This document shows positions 47,109 through 56,344 of a DNA stretch of 64,000 bases, one piece after another; position 1 is the first letter of the stretch, and each line of letters starts with the position of its first letter. The stretch spans positions 53,442 to 117,441 of the forward strand of contig JAKIVX010000002.1 in NCBI GenBank assembly GCA_022750335.1, read 5' to 3'. The stretch is from Thermoplasmata archaeon (GTDB lineage: Archaea; Thermoplasmatota; Thermoplasmata; Lutacidiplasmatales; UBA184). The notes beneath the pieces were generated by a model. That model searched no databases, had not been told where the DNA came from, and was given only the letters and a program-made list of their open reading frames with translations. The position numbers were made by a program, and so were the translations under genes.

Positions 47109-47942
47109 CTACTTCTTCGAAGTGCCGCGCCGACGCGCGCCCACCCGGGCGCCGAATATAAAGAGTGCCCCGATGAACGCGACCGCGCCCGCGACGTACC
47201 ACAGCGTGTAGCTCGGCGGGGGTGCTGGGATGTAGAAGGTGACCGAGTACACGGTGGTGTCGTTCGCGAAGCGGACGAGGCCGTGGACCGTCGTGAGATA
47301 GATGGAGAACGTGTGGCTACCGGAGGAGAGCCCGAGCGTCGGGTACTGGAAGACGAACGCGTAGTTGGAATGGGGCAGCATGGTCGGGACGCTGACGTTC
47401 CCCACCACGGCGCCGTCCAGGTTGACGAGCACCGGGAACGACGTCACGCTCTGGTTGCCGATGTTGTAGAGGGTCGTGGAGAGGATGAACGGCTGAACGA
47501 CCGTCACGCTGACGCTGAAGTTCGTGGTGACGTTGGTCGTGTTCTGCGTCGACGCGAGCAGGACCGAGATGGTCAGCACTTCGCTCACGTTCGCGACGTT
47601 GAGCTTCACCTCGCCGGGGATGTTCGTCAGTATCCGCCCCGACGAGGGAGCGATCGAAACACCGGTCGTGTTCGGGCCCTGGACCGTGAGGTAGTAGGAA
47701 AGATTGCCTGTGATGGTTCCGTTCGGCGCGACCGCGGGGCCGCCCGTGCCGTTGATCACGAACGAACCGACCCCGTGGTAGGCGAGCACTTTCGGTCCGG
47801 TGATGTTGCCGGTCACGACCCCACCGTTGCCCGACGGGTTCCCGTGCGCCCCGGGCAGCGCGGGCAGGCCCGCGACGGTGCCCACGAGGAGCAGGCCGAC
47901 CAGCAGCAGGGCCCGCAGCGCGATCCTCATCGGCGCGTCCAC
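47109..47942 (-). CDS. Sequon-dense secreted surface protein with Sec signal peptide and C-terminal TM anchor plus basic tail (probable N-glycoprotein)
   Basis: [30 protein letters not shown] signal peptide. At least 12 N-X-S/T sequons in 277 aa (NIT, NGT, NGT, NLS, NTT, NVS, NTT, NVT, NFS, NQS, NVS, NDT). C-terminal ...[28 protein letters not shown]. The start overlaps the aglB stop region by 16 nt. Confidence 0.55.
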   Translation of the reverse strand: MDAPMRIALRALLLVGLLLVGTVAGLPALPGAHGNPSGNGGVVTGNITGPKVLAYHGVGSFVINGTGGPAVAPNGTITGNLSYYLTVQGPNTTGVSIAPSSGRILTNIPGEVKLNVANVSEVLTISVLLASTQNTTNVTTNFSVSVTVVQPFILSTTLYNIGNQSVTSFPVLVNLDGAVVGNVSVPTMLPHSNYAFVFQYPTLGLSSGSHTFSIYLTTVHGLVRFANDTTVYSVTFYIPAPPPSYTLWYVAGAVAFIGALFIFGARVGARRRGTSKK

Positions 47943-50900
47943 CTCCGGGTCTTGACCCAGCGGCGGACCAGGAGCGCGATGGCGAGTCCGATCGCGGGGA
48001 CGAACACGAGCGCCGGGATGTAGGAGGAGAGCGTAGTCGCGGTGGCGTTACCGACGTCGGGGCCGGTGACGATCAACGTCGGGCCGGAGAGGGGATTGCC
48101 GGGAGCGAGCGACCCGAGCGGGACCTTCAAGGTCGTCGACGCGGAGACGGCGCCGCTCGCATTGATCACGATCGCCGACAGGGTGACACTGCCGACGGGG
48201 ACGAAGATCGACCCGAGGGCGCTCAGGTTGAGCTCCGCGGAAGAGTTCACGCCCGGCGTGAGCCCGACGGGCCCGTTGAGGCTCCCGTTGCCGACCCGGA
48301 TGCTGATCGCCCATCCGAGCGACTCGATCCGCGATTGATCGACTATTGTCAGTCGGACGTCCTCATAGGCGTTGCCGGTGTTGACGAGGAAGAACGGCAC
48401 CAGCGCTTTGGTCGTGCTGAGGGTCGGGCCCGCGCTCGGTGTAGGCCCGATCGCGACGCCGTAGTAGGCGTGGATGTCGAGCGTGGGCCCCGGCGTGACC
48501 GTCCCCGCGATGGTGTCGTTCGCGAGCTCGAGCTCGAGGAGTACCGGCGGATGCAGCACGACCGTCCCCGCCGGCACGAGGATCGACACCTCAGCCGGGA
48601 ACGTCGCGCCGGTCGGGCCGGGCCGGAGGGTCACGTTGGTGAAGCTGAAATTGAAGGTCCAGTACGACGGGGAGCCGACGGGATGGACCGTGATCGGGGC
48701 ATTCCCCGAATCCCGGATCGTGAATTGATAGGTGACGCGCGCGCCGGCATTGATCGTCTGGGTCGGGGAGCCGACGAGCGTCCCGGTCGCCCGATAGTTG
48801 AAGGAGTACGCGAGCGAGACGTTGAGGGCGACGTTGCCGGATGCCACGGTGAGGACGGAGGTTCCCGAGGCGTTCGTGGGCACTCCGTAGGGAGAGCCGA
48901 CCGCCGACGCCGTGACGGTGTAGACGCCGACCGGGAGGGCGAGGGAGAACGGGACCCCGACGGGGAGTCCGGTGTACACGGATTGAGTGCCGAACACGGT
49001 CTGGACGACGACCGTCGCCGGACCCAGCGAGGCCGCCGAGCCGTTCGGGCCGGAGACGGTGACGGTCGTGCTCCAGGTGGGGCGCAGGTTGACCGAGACG
49101 GGCGCAGCACCGGGCAGGGCGAACACGCTGGTCAGGTTCGCGAGGGGTTCCGAACCACCGCCGGCCGTCGCGTACAGGGAGTACGCTCCCGGGGCCAGCG
49201 CGACCGAGAACGTTCCGTTCGAGGTGTTGAGGAGCGTGACGGTGGTGGCCGGATACGGGCCTACCAAGCGCAGGGACCCGGGTTGGAGGCCGGGGACCCC
49301 AACCGCCGACAGCGTTCCGTTGAGCCACACTGAGTTGACGGTCGGGACGACCTCGAGCGGGCAACTCGAGGCGTTCTCGGTGGTTTCACACACGACCGTC
49401 GAGGGGATCGAATAGCTGACGAAGTAGCTCCCGTTCGATCCGGCGGTGAGGAGCGTCCCGTTCGCGGACGCAAAGAAGAGGGTGTCGGCCGGCAGAGTCG
49501 TGGAGAACGAACCGTTCACGACGGCGGTCCGGAGGGTTGACCCGTTGGACGTTCGGAGCGTCAGGGTCGTGTTGAGCTTGACCAACGAGCCCTCTTGGGT
49601 GAGGAGTGTGCCGGTCGTCGAGACCCCGAGCGTGCGGAGGGAGATCGAGGGCGTGATCGCGCCGGAACCGCTCACGCTCACCCGGACGAGGCTCGCGTAG
49701 GTGACTCCCGCGACCACCTCGGATGCGTGCGCGGTGTACGTCCCGGGAGCCGTGTAGAATCCCTTCGTGTAGTTCTTGCCGTTGACGGTGATGTTGAACC
49801 CCGGCGAGGAGAGGGCCACCGTCGCGTTGGCGAGCGTTCCTCCACTCGGGAGCAGGAGGGTGCCGGTCGAGTTGATCCCCGGCACGAGATGCAGGGTCAG
49901 GTTCGACGAGTAGGCACCCAACGGGATGGTCGTGTTCAGGAGGGACGAGGGGAGGTAGACGACCGTCCCGCTACCAATCACCGCACGGGCCGAGACGGTG
50001 TAGGGTCCGGGGGTCGTCGTGAAGGAGAAGACCGGGCCCCCGATCAGTTGGTGGGAGATTGCGGGAGCGCCGAGAGAGGTGAGGTTCACGGTGACCGAGG
50101 TCCCGGAAGGGAGCCCGACGACCGACAGCTGGACGTTGACGGGTCGAAGGGAGAGGACGAGGCGATTCATTGAGGCGAGTCCTGGACCGGTCAGCCCGCA
50201 CTCCGAAGCGGGAAGGAATCCGGCCGACTGGACTCGGACACAGTAGCCGCCGGCCGATAGGGGGATCGTGCTCGGCACGTAGTACGCGACCGTGCCGTTG
50301 AAAGAGGCGAGGGACGGCAGGGTGGGACCGTTCGGCCCCGCCGAGAGGGAGACCGCGGCCGCGATGGCGGGGAAGAGTGTGCCGTCCGACTGCGGGGTTC
50401 CGACGGTGAACCGCGTCGCGACGGCCCCGACCGGCGCGAGCGGCAGGACGGTGGGGAAGAACAGCGACACCTGGGTGAGCGCGGCGGAGATCGACGCGAG
50501 CCCCGTGGAGGGGCCCTCGAGCGCGAGGACCGTGTAGTTCCCGAGGGGGAGGAGGACGGAGTAGGCTCCGCCCGCCGCAGCCCACGTCGTCACCTCGCCG
50601 TACCCGAGCCCGTATACGAGAACGGCTGTCTTCGACGAATTGAAGCCCCCCGTCGTGGCCACCGTGCCCGAAAGGCGAGCGGTGGTCCCCAGGGCGAGCG
50701 GCGTCAGCGAGGTCGGCAGTCCGGGGAACGCTGACACGCTCGTGAGGGCCGACTCGAGGGAGTTGCCCACGTAGCCGAGCGCGTAGACCGAGTAGTTTCC
50801 GATCGGGAGGGTCGCGGTCACGACGCCCGAACCGCTCGACGTAACGACCGTTCCGTTGCTCGTCGAACTCTCCAGGGCCGCGAGCGGCGACTCGGAAGCA

Positions 50901-53900
50901 TTCGGGAAGCTCGGAAGGGGGGCGAACCGGACGGGGACGTTCGCGACTCCCACTCCGTTAGCCTCGACCAAGAACTGGACCGTGGCCGTCGGCTGGACGG
51001 AGAGGTTGGTCTCCACCGACGATCCGGGGGCGGAGATCGCGACCCTCACGCCGGCAGAGCGCTGATTGAGCAGGGGCCCGGAGGCGACGAGAGTGTAATT
51101 GCCCGGGCCGATCCCCGAGATGGTGTAATTGCCGGTGGAGTTGGTGGTGTAGGCTCCGACCGAGCCGTTGGAACTCGACGCCGTGACGACTGACCCGCCC
51201 ACCGGCAGGCCCCCCGAGAGGACCACTCCGGAAAGCACCGCCGGAGCGAGGCCGACCGAGCCATTGGCCATGCCGCCCGGGTTGAGGAACTGCCCCGACT
51301 CGGAGTAGTTGTGCCCGGCATACAGGATGCTGTAGTTGTACACCCCCGGAACGACCGACGGCAGGTTGAACGTGCCGTCCCGGTCGGTGGTGGCCGTCAC
51401 GGCGGTCTGGCCCGTGCTTCCCCACAGGACCGCTTGGGCACCGGCGACGAGCAGGTCCCGGTTGGGGTCGTAGGTGGAGTTGTTCGCGATGTTCCAGTAG
51501 ACCGTGCCGCTGAACTGCGAGGATCCGAGCTGGACGGGCAGCGTCAGCGTCGGCGCGTCGAATCCAAGCCCGTAGGAGTTCGGGACGTACACCTGGAGGC
51601 TGCGCAGCGAGACCGTACCCTGTTGTTTCAGGCCGTCAATTGAGCCGGACGTGAAGTTCAGGGTATCATTCCCGGGGGGGAGGACGAGGGTGTAGGACCC
51701 GTCCGAAGCGGTCACCGTCGTCATGTGGGGAATCCCCCACTGGTCGAAGGCGGTCACGCGGATTCCGGCGGCGGGCGTGCCGTCGGCCAGGTGGACGGTT
51801 CCGACCACCGTTTGACCGGGGTAGTACTCCAGGATCGATTCGCCGCCCTGGAAATAGCGGAAGTTGCTCGTGTTCGCGACGGCCCCCGTGGTCGCCTTGG
51901 CCTGCGCCACGGCGGCCGGCAGGTTGTCTGCGAGGCAGTTCGATGAGTTGTCGTCCGCCTTCGTCGGGCAATAGTACGCCGTGCGATAGACGACTTCGAA
52001 GTGCTGGAGCATCCATCCCGGCTCGACAGGGGAGTTTTGGAGGTTGGTCGAGAGGCCCGGGATCCCGCCCTGGGACTGGCCGATCTCGGTTCCGTTGTAC
52101 CCGATGTAGGTCCGGTAGATCATCGACTGGTAGAACGGCCCAAAATAATTGATGTTGTACTGCTCGGCCGTCACGTCCGCGGGAACCTGCCCGAGGGGGT
52201 AGGTGTTGCCGTCCGAGCCGAGGACCGTTACGTTGAAGAAAGAGGACGGGAGGCCGGCGGTGTCGATGACGCGGCCGGTCAGGTCGGCGGGAGCGTAGAA
52301 GATCCCCGTGTCCTGGCCGCTGAAGGGGAAGAGCCGGCTGTCGGTCATGTCGTAGCGGATCGACCACCCCGTGTACGCCTGCAGGTCGTCGTAGACCTTC
52401 GCCACCCCGGTCAGGGTGAGGGCGGATCCGATGTAGTACGAGGTCGCGAGGTACATCGCATTGTCGTCCGTCAGGGTCGAGGCGTCCACGGGGAGGTAGC
52501 GCGTGGGATTAGCGACGACCAAGGTGTAATCCGCGCTCTCGTTCGAGAGCAGCGTGTGCAGCCGCGTCAGGTTGAGCCCGTCGCGGGCGAGGATCACGTT
52601 GAGCGACGTGGGCAGGTACGGCTCGCCGCTCTTCGTCTGCTCGGCCTGGAGCAGGGTGGTCGCCAGGACCCCGATCGCGTTGGATTCGTTCTGGGCGAGG
52701 AGGAACTGACCGGCCGGGTCGATCCCGTTTTGGAAATTGTCCGCGACACTGGGATGGTCGCCCTGATCGATCGCCTGGAACCCATAGTCCCACCAGCTGA
52801 CGAAAGCGGGACGGTTGGGGGCGGGCGTATTCGTATCCTGGGTGGCCAACCAGTTGTATCCGGCGCTGTCGTATTGGTTGGGCGTGTCGAGGGACGTGCC
52901 GGCGGCGCCGAAGTAGGCGTTGGACGCCCCCACGGTGGAGCTTGGCTGGAGCCACGAGGGCAGCGAGTTCGCGACCTGGACCGAGAACCCGGACTTCGTG
53001 TTGCCCGGAATGCCCGCGTCGATGGAGATCCAGATGTTCGGGAGGATGAGTCCGACCACGAGCAGCATGATGAGGACGTGGCGGATCTTGAACGCGCGGC
53101 GGAACGCCGAGAGCTGGCTCCGGCGGTCGGAGAGGGACGCGACCGTACGGCGCAGTTCCGGGTAGCCGGCCACATCGAGGGCCCGCCGGAGCCCTTCGGC
53201 CGGAAGGAGTGCGAACGCGGGCGAGCCGAGCAGGAAGAACTTCGCGGCCGAGATCGGGAGGTAGATCGAGAGGATCGAGAAGACGAGGAAGACCGCGGTC
53301 GCTCGGGGGAATTTTCCTCGGACGAGCTGGACCGCGAACAGGACCACGCCGACGAAAGCGAGGAAGAAGGTGATCACTCCGTACCCGACGACCAGCTCGT
53401 CGATGGACGGGGCCTGGGCCTCGGCGACGGTCGAGTAGATGAGGTTCTTGACGAAGTAGCCCTGGCCGGTGACGATGCTCGTGAAGTAATCCGGACTGAT
53501 GACCGCGAGCGCGACGGCCGCGAGCGCCACCTCGCCGACCAGGACGGGAATCGAGAGGACCCACGGGGAGTCCCGCAGCATCAGGAACGGTAGGAGGAGG
53601 AGGAGCACGCCGAAGAAGAGGAGCAGCGGGAGCCCGAACCAGATGGCGAACTGGTTCTGGGCGAGGTAGTACGGAATGGCCATCGGGAAGCCGACGAGCC
53701 CGACGATCCACATCGAGACGTACAGGCCGAACGAATCGACGCGGCGGATGCGCTCCGCGATGAGGAGGATGAGCACCGAGAGGGCGATGACGACGACCCC
53801 GTACGTGTACCCCTGCCAGGCCAACGCAAGCGCGCCCAAGCTGACCCCCGTGAAGACCGCCCATTTCACGGCCGAGCGTTCGGTCCGCAGGAACGTTCGG

Positions 53901-54526
53901 ACGCCCTGGTAGAACTGCTTCGGGTCCCGGTACGAGCCGACGTACCGGTTCCTGCCGACCGCCTTGACCGTCCGGATCCAGGAGTAGAGTACGATCAGGA
54001 TGAGGAAGGTGTAGAACGAGAGGTAGTTGGCATAACCAAAGATGGACGAATTGATACTGGCCGGCAGGAAGGGGAAGATCATGGCCGCGATGAGGCCCAT
54101 CCGGCGGGAGCTGACCTCCTTCCCGACGAGGTACACGGGGAAGACCGTCAGCGCCGCCCACAGGGGACCCTGGAGCTCAAGGAACCAGGCGCCCGCCTCG
54201 ATGGCGTTCCCGCCGAAGAACGGCGCGAACAGGATCCCGAGGATGGCGTTCATCCAATCGAACAGCGGCTCCCGCGGGTTGATCGCCCCGAACGGGAACT
54301 TGAGCATCGGGTCGTGGATGAGATTCGCGTGGGTCAGAATGATGTACGTCGTGACGCGCGAGTGGTAGTACGAGTCCGAGCCGCCGGCGTAGGTGTAGAG
54401 AGCGCCCCATTGCTGGACGACCGGGAACGTCCAGACGGTCCGGACGAGGAAGGCCGAGGCGAAGGCGCCCAGCAGGATGGCGACGGTCCAGATGTTGCGG
54501 CGCCACCACCCTGAGGTCGACTGCAT
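47927..54526 (-). CDS. aglB: Oligosaccharyltransferase AglB (STT3 family) fused to a giant C-terminal extracellular extension of about 1300 aa, with a terminal TM anchor
   Basis: 2199-aa uninterrupted ORF. The N-terminal ~560 aa hold the multi-TM STT3 membrane domain. The catalytic periplasmic domain carries ...FVSWWDYGFQAIDQG... (the WWDYG motif). After about residue 900, tandem transthyretin/CarboxypepD_reg-like repeats (pattern G.V.L.DGTPAAG..V.........TASDGSY.L.LPPGNYTL) hold several dozen NxS/T sequons. The C-terminus ...[25 protein letters not shown] is a TM anchor plus basic tail. A GTATAAATAG TATA box sits about 50 nt upstream. Confidence 0.85.
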   Translation of the reverse strand: MQSTSGWWRRNIWTVAILLGAFASAFLVRTVWTFPVVQQWGALYTYAGGSDSYYHSRVTTYIILTHANLIHDPMLKFPFGAINPREPLFDWMNAILGILFAPFFGGNAIEAGAWFLELQGPLWAALTVFPVYLVGKEVSSRRMGLIAAMIFPFLPASINSSIFGYANYLSFYTFLILIVLYSWIRTVKAVGRNRYVGSYRDPKQFYQGVRTFLRTERSAVKWAVFTGVSLGALALAWQGYTYGVVVIALSVLILLIAERIRRVDSFGLYVSMWIVGLVGFPMAIPYYLAQNQFAIWFGLPLLLFFGVLLLLLPFLMLRDSPWVLSIPVLVGEVALAAVALAVISPDYFTSIVTGQGYFVKNLIYSTVAEAQAPSIDELVVGYGVITFFLAFVGVVLFAVQLVRGKFPRATAVFLVFSILSIYLPISAAKFFLLGSPAFALLPAEGLRRALDVAGYPELRRTVASLSDRRSQLSAFRRAFKIRHVLIMLLVVGLILPNIWISIDAGIPGNTKSGFSVQVANSLPSWLQPSSTVGASNAYFGAAGTSLDTPNQYDSAGYNWLATQDTNTPAPNRPAFVSWWDYGFQAIDQGDHPSVADNFQNGIDPAGQFLLAQNESNAIGVLATTLLQAEQTKSGEPYLPTSLNVILARDGLNLTRLHTLLSNESADYTLVVANPTRYLPVDASTLTDDNAMYLATSYYIGSALTLTGVAKVYDDLQAYTGWSIRYDMTDSRLFPFSGQDTGIFYAPADLTGRVIDTAGLPSSFFNVTVLGSDGNTYPLGQVPADVTAEQYNINYFGPFYQSMIYRTYIGYNGTEIGQSQGGIPGLSTNLQNSPVEPGWMLQHFEVVYRTAYYCPTKADDNSSNCLADNLPAAVAQAKATTGAVANTSNFRYFQGGESILEYYPGQTVVGTVHLADGTPAAGIRVTAFDQWGIPHMTTVTASDGSYTLVLPPGNDTLNFTSGSIDGLKQQGTVSLRSLQVYVPNSYGLGFDAPTLTLPVQLGSSQFSGTVYWNIANNSTYDPNRDLLVAGAQAVLWGSTGQTAVTATTDRDGTFNLPSVVPGVYNYSILYAGHNYSESGQFLNPGGMANGSVGLAPAVLSGVVLSGGLPVGGSVVTASSSNGSVGAYTTNSTGNYTISGIGPGNYTLVASGPLLNQRSAGVRVAISAPGSSVETNLSVQPTATVQFLVEANGVGVANVPVRFAPLPSFPNASESPLAALESSTSNGTVVTSSGSGVVTATLPIGNYSVYALGYVGNSLESALTSVSAFPGLPTSLTPLALGTTARLSGTVATTGGFNSSKTAVLVYGLGYGEVTTWAAAGGAYSVLLPLGNYTVLALEGPSTGLASISAALTQVSLFFPTVLPLAPVGAVATRFTVGTPQSDGTLFPAIAAAVSLSAGPNGPTLPSLASFNGTVAYYVPSTIPLSAGGYCVRVQSAGFLPASECGLTGPGLASMNRLVLSLRPVNVQLSVVGLPSGTSVTVNLTSLGAPAISHQLIGGPVFSFTTTPGPYTVSARAVIGSGTVVYLPSSLLNTTIPLGAYSSNLTLHLVPGINSTGTLLLPSGGTLANATVALSSPGFNITVNGKNYTKGFYTAPGTYTAHASEVVAGVTYASLVRVSVSGSGAITPSISLRTLGVSTTGTLLTQEGSLVKLNTTLTLRTSNGSTLRTAVVNGSFSTTLPADTLFFASANGTLLTAGSNGSYFVSYSIPSTVVCETTENASSCPLEVVPTVNSVWLNGTLSAVGVPGLQPGSLRLVGPYPATTVTLLNTSNGTFSVALAPGAYSLYATAGGGSEPLANLTSVFALPGAAPVSVNLRPTWSTTVTVSGPNGSAASLGPATVVVQTVFGTQSVYTGLPVGVPFSLALPVGVYTVTASAVGSPYGVPTNASGTSVLTVASGNVALNVSLAYSFNYRATGTLVGSPTQTINAGARVTYQFTIRDSGNAPITVHPVGSPSYWTFNFSFTNVTLRPGPTGATFPAEVSILVPAGTVVLHPPVLLELELANDTIAGTVTPGPTLDIHAYYGVAIGPTPSAGPTLSTTKALVPFFLVNTGNAYEDVRLTIVDQSRIESLGWAISIRVGNGSLNGPVGLTPGVNSSAELNLSALGSIFVPVGSVTLSAIVINASGAVSASTTLKVPLGSLAPGNPLSGPTLIVTGPDVGNATATTLSSYIPALVFVPAIGLAIALLVRRWVKTRRWTRR

Positions 54527-54573
54527 CGATCGCCGGCTCTCCTCGAACCGGCGGCGCGCGAGACCGAGGGGGT

Positions 54574-54583
54574 GTATAAATAG
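54574..54583 (-). promoter_or_regulatory. TATA box (GTATAAATAG) about 50 nt upstream of aglB, plus a second AT-rich element at 54591..54603
   Basis: Strong consensus-like TATAAATA in the 54527..54638 intergenic region. Confidence 0.4.
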
Positions 54584-54638
54584 CCTGCTCTTACTTAATT
54601 TTCGACGGCGGCGGAAACCGTCCGGGGCCGGTCCGAAA

Positions 54639-55163
54639 TCAGTCGTCCGCGCGGAACCGGTAGAACCAACGTCCGTCGCCGATGTCGAACGATTCTAGGC
54701 GAACCGACTGTCCGATCCGGAGCTCGGTCCACGCCCGACCTTCGATGCGACCGAACAGGCGGAGCGGGACGCCGTCCAGGTCGACAAGGCCGACCGCGAA
54801 CGGAACGTCGCTTTCCATCCCCAGGGGCGCGCCTCCGAGGACCGCGCTGAACGCGTAGATCCGACCCCGTTCGGGAAGGTCGACCCAATCAACGTCCTCG
54901 GTGTGGCAACCGGGACATGCGGTTCGGGGCGGCCAGAGGAGCACTCCTTCCTGGACACAACGGGTCGTGGAGACCCGGCCTTCTTTGAGCCGCTCGAAGA
55001 AGCGTGACAGTCGAGTCTGGTCGGCCGTCTCGAGGGGGAAGAAGTCCAGCAGGAACGGCTTCTTTTCCCGGGGACGGGATGTCGGATCCGGGCTGGGGAC
55101 CGGCTCCGGTGTCGGTGCCGCGAGGGTGGGTGTGGGCCGTCGGGGGCGGGCCTCAGCGCTCAT
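54639..55163 (-). CDS. DUF35 OB-fold/zinc-ribbon protein (thiolase/HMG-CoA-synthase complex scaffold-type)
   Basis: Start overlaps the thiolase stop (ATGA). ...TTRCVQEGVLLWPPRTACPGC... rubredoxin-like Zn ribbon followed by an OB fold ...GRIYAFSAV...FAVGLVDLDGVPLRLFGRI.... Pro-rich N-terminal tail. Confidence 0.75.
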   Translation of the reverse strand: MSAEARPRRPTPTLAAPTPEPVPSPDPTSRPREKKPFLLDFFPLETADQTRLSRFFERLKEGRVSTTRCVQEGVLLWPPRTACPGCHTEDVDWVDLPERGRIYAFSAVLGGAPLGMESDVPFAVGLVDLDGVPLRLFGRIEGRAWTELRIGQSVRLESFDIGDGRWFYRFRADD

Positions 55164-56344
55164 GCGGCCCCTCCCCGCTGGTAGATCATCACCGAGTGGA
55201 CGTTTGCGCTGCCCGACAGGTTGTGGACGAGGCCCCATTCGGGGTCCGGTACGGTCCGAGCCGCCGGGGCTGCGCCCGACATCTGGCGGTAGACCTCCAC
55301 AGCCTGGGCGATCCCGGTCGCCCCGAGTGGATGGCCACATCCTAGCAGACCGCCGCGGGGGTTCACGACGAGTTTCCCGCCGATATCCCCTTGACCCTCC
55401 GAAGCGAACGGGCCGCCTTTGCCGGGCTCGGCCCATCCGAACATCTCGTACTCGACGATCTCGGAGATCGTGAAGCAGTCGTGGATCTCGGCGAAGTCGA
55501 CGTCGTCCGGTCCGATACCGGCCCGTCCGAACGCTTCTCGGGCGGCGTGTTTGAGGCCGACCCAATCGGTCAGGGACCCCGCGTTGGCGAGGTTGTGGAA
55601 ATCCGAGTACTGTCCCGTTCCCCGGATCCAGGCGGGCCGGTCCGTGTACGCCCGCGCTCGGTCGGCCGCGACCAACACGACCGCGGCGGCCCCGTCGGTC
55701 ATGGAAGAGCAGTCACCGAGCCGCAACGGAGGGGCGACGAGGGGGAGGCGCGCGAGCTTCTCGCGGGAGAAGGTCTTCTCATAAAACTGCGCTTCGGGGT
55801 TCGAGTTCGCGAATCGGTGGTTCTTCTCGGAGACAGCAGCGAGCTGGTCGTCCGTGGTCCCATACTCGAGCTGGTGGCGCTGGGCCACCATCGCGAAGAA
55901 GGGAGGGGCGGTGGCCCCGTGCGGACCATCCCAGGCCCGGTCCATGACGCTCGCCATGGCCGTGTTGGCTTCGGCCATCGACGGTAAGTTCATCTTCTCG
56001 ACTCCGACGGCGACCGCCACGTCCGAAAGGCCCGACGCGATCGCGGCGTAGGCCGACCGGATCGCGGACTGGCCGGACGCACACGCGAGCTCGGTGCGCT
56101 GGATGATGCGGTGCGGACGGAGGCCCATTTGTTCGGCGGCGAACGGCGCCACGTGGGATTGGAAGGCGAACCGCTCTGGTTCCGCGGCCCCCAAGAAGAG
56201 CGAATCGACGTCCTCGGACCGGAGTTCGGGGACCGACCGGAACAGCGCGACACCGATCTCCTGGGCGAGTTCGGCCCAAGTCGATGCGCGGACCCCGAAC
56301 TTGGTCGTCGCCCCCCCCACCAGGGCCACGTCCCGGACGTTCAT
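55160..56344 (-). CDS. Thiolase, SCP2/archaeal type (acetyl-CoA acetyltransferase-like; DUF35 partner)
   Basis: ...ELACASGQSAI... catalytic Cys context of SCP-x type thiolases. C-terminal ...GCGHPLGATG... and ...NLSGSANVHS.... 394 aa. Confidence 0.8.
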   Translation of the reverse strand: MNVRDVALVGGATTKFGVRASTWAELAQEIGVALFRSVPELRSEDVDSLFLGAAEPERFAFQSHVAPFAAEQMGLRPHRIIQRTELACASGQSAIRSAYAAIASGLSDVAVAVGVEKMNLPSMAEANTAMASVMDRAWDGPHGATAPPFFAMVAQRHQLEYGTTDDQLAAVSEKNHRFANSNPEAQFYEKTFSREKLARLPLVAPPLRLGDCSSMTDGAAAVVLVAADRARAYTDRPAWIRGTGQYSDFHNLANAGSLTDWVGLKHAAREAFGRAGIGPDDVDFAEIHDCFTISEIVEYEMFGWAEPGKGGPFASEGQGDIGGKLVVNPRGGLLGCGHPLGATGIAQAVEVYRQMSGAAPAARTVPDPEWGLVHNLSGSANVHSVMIYQRGGAA

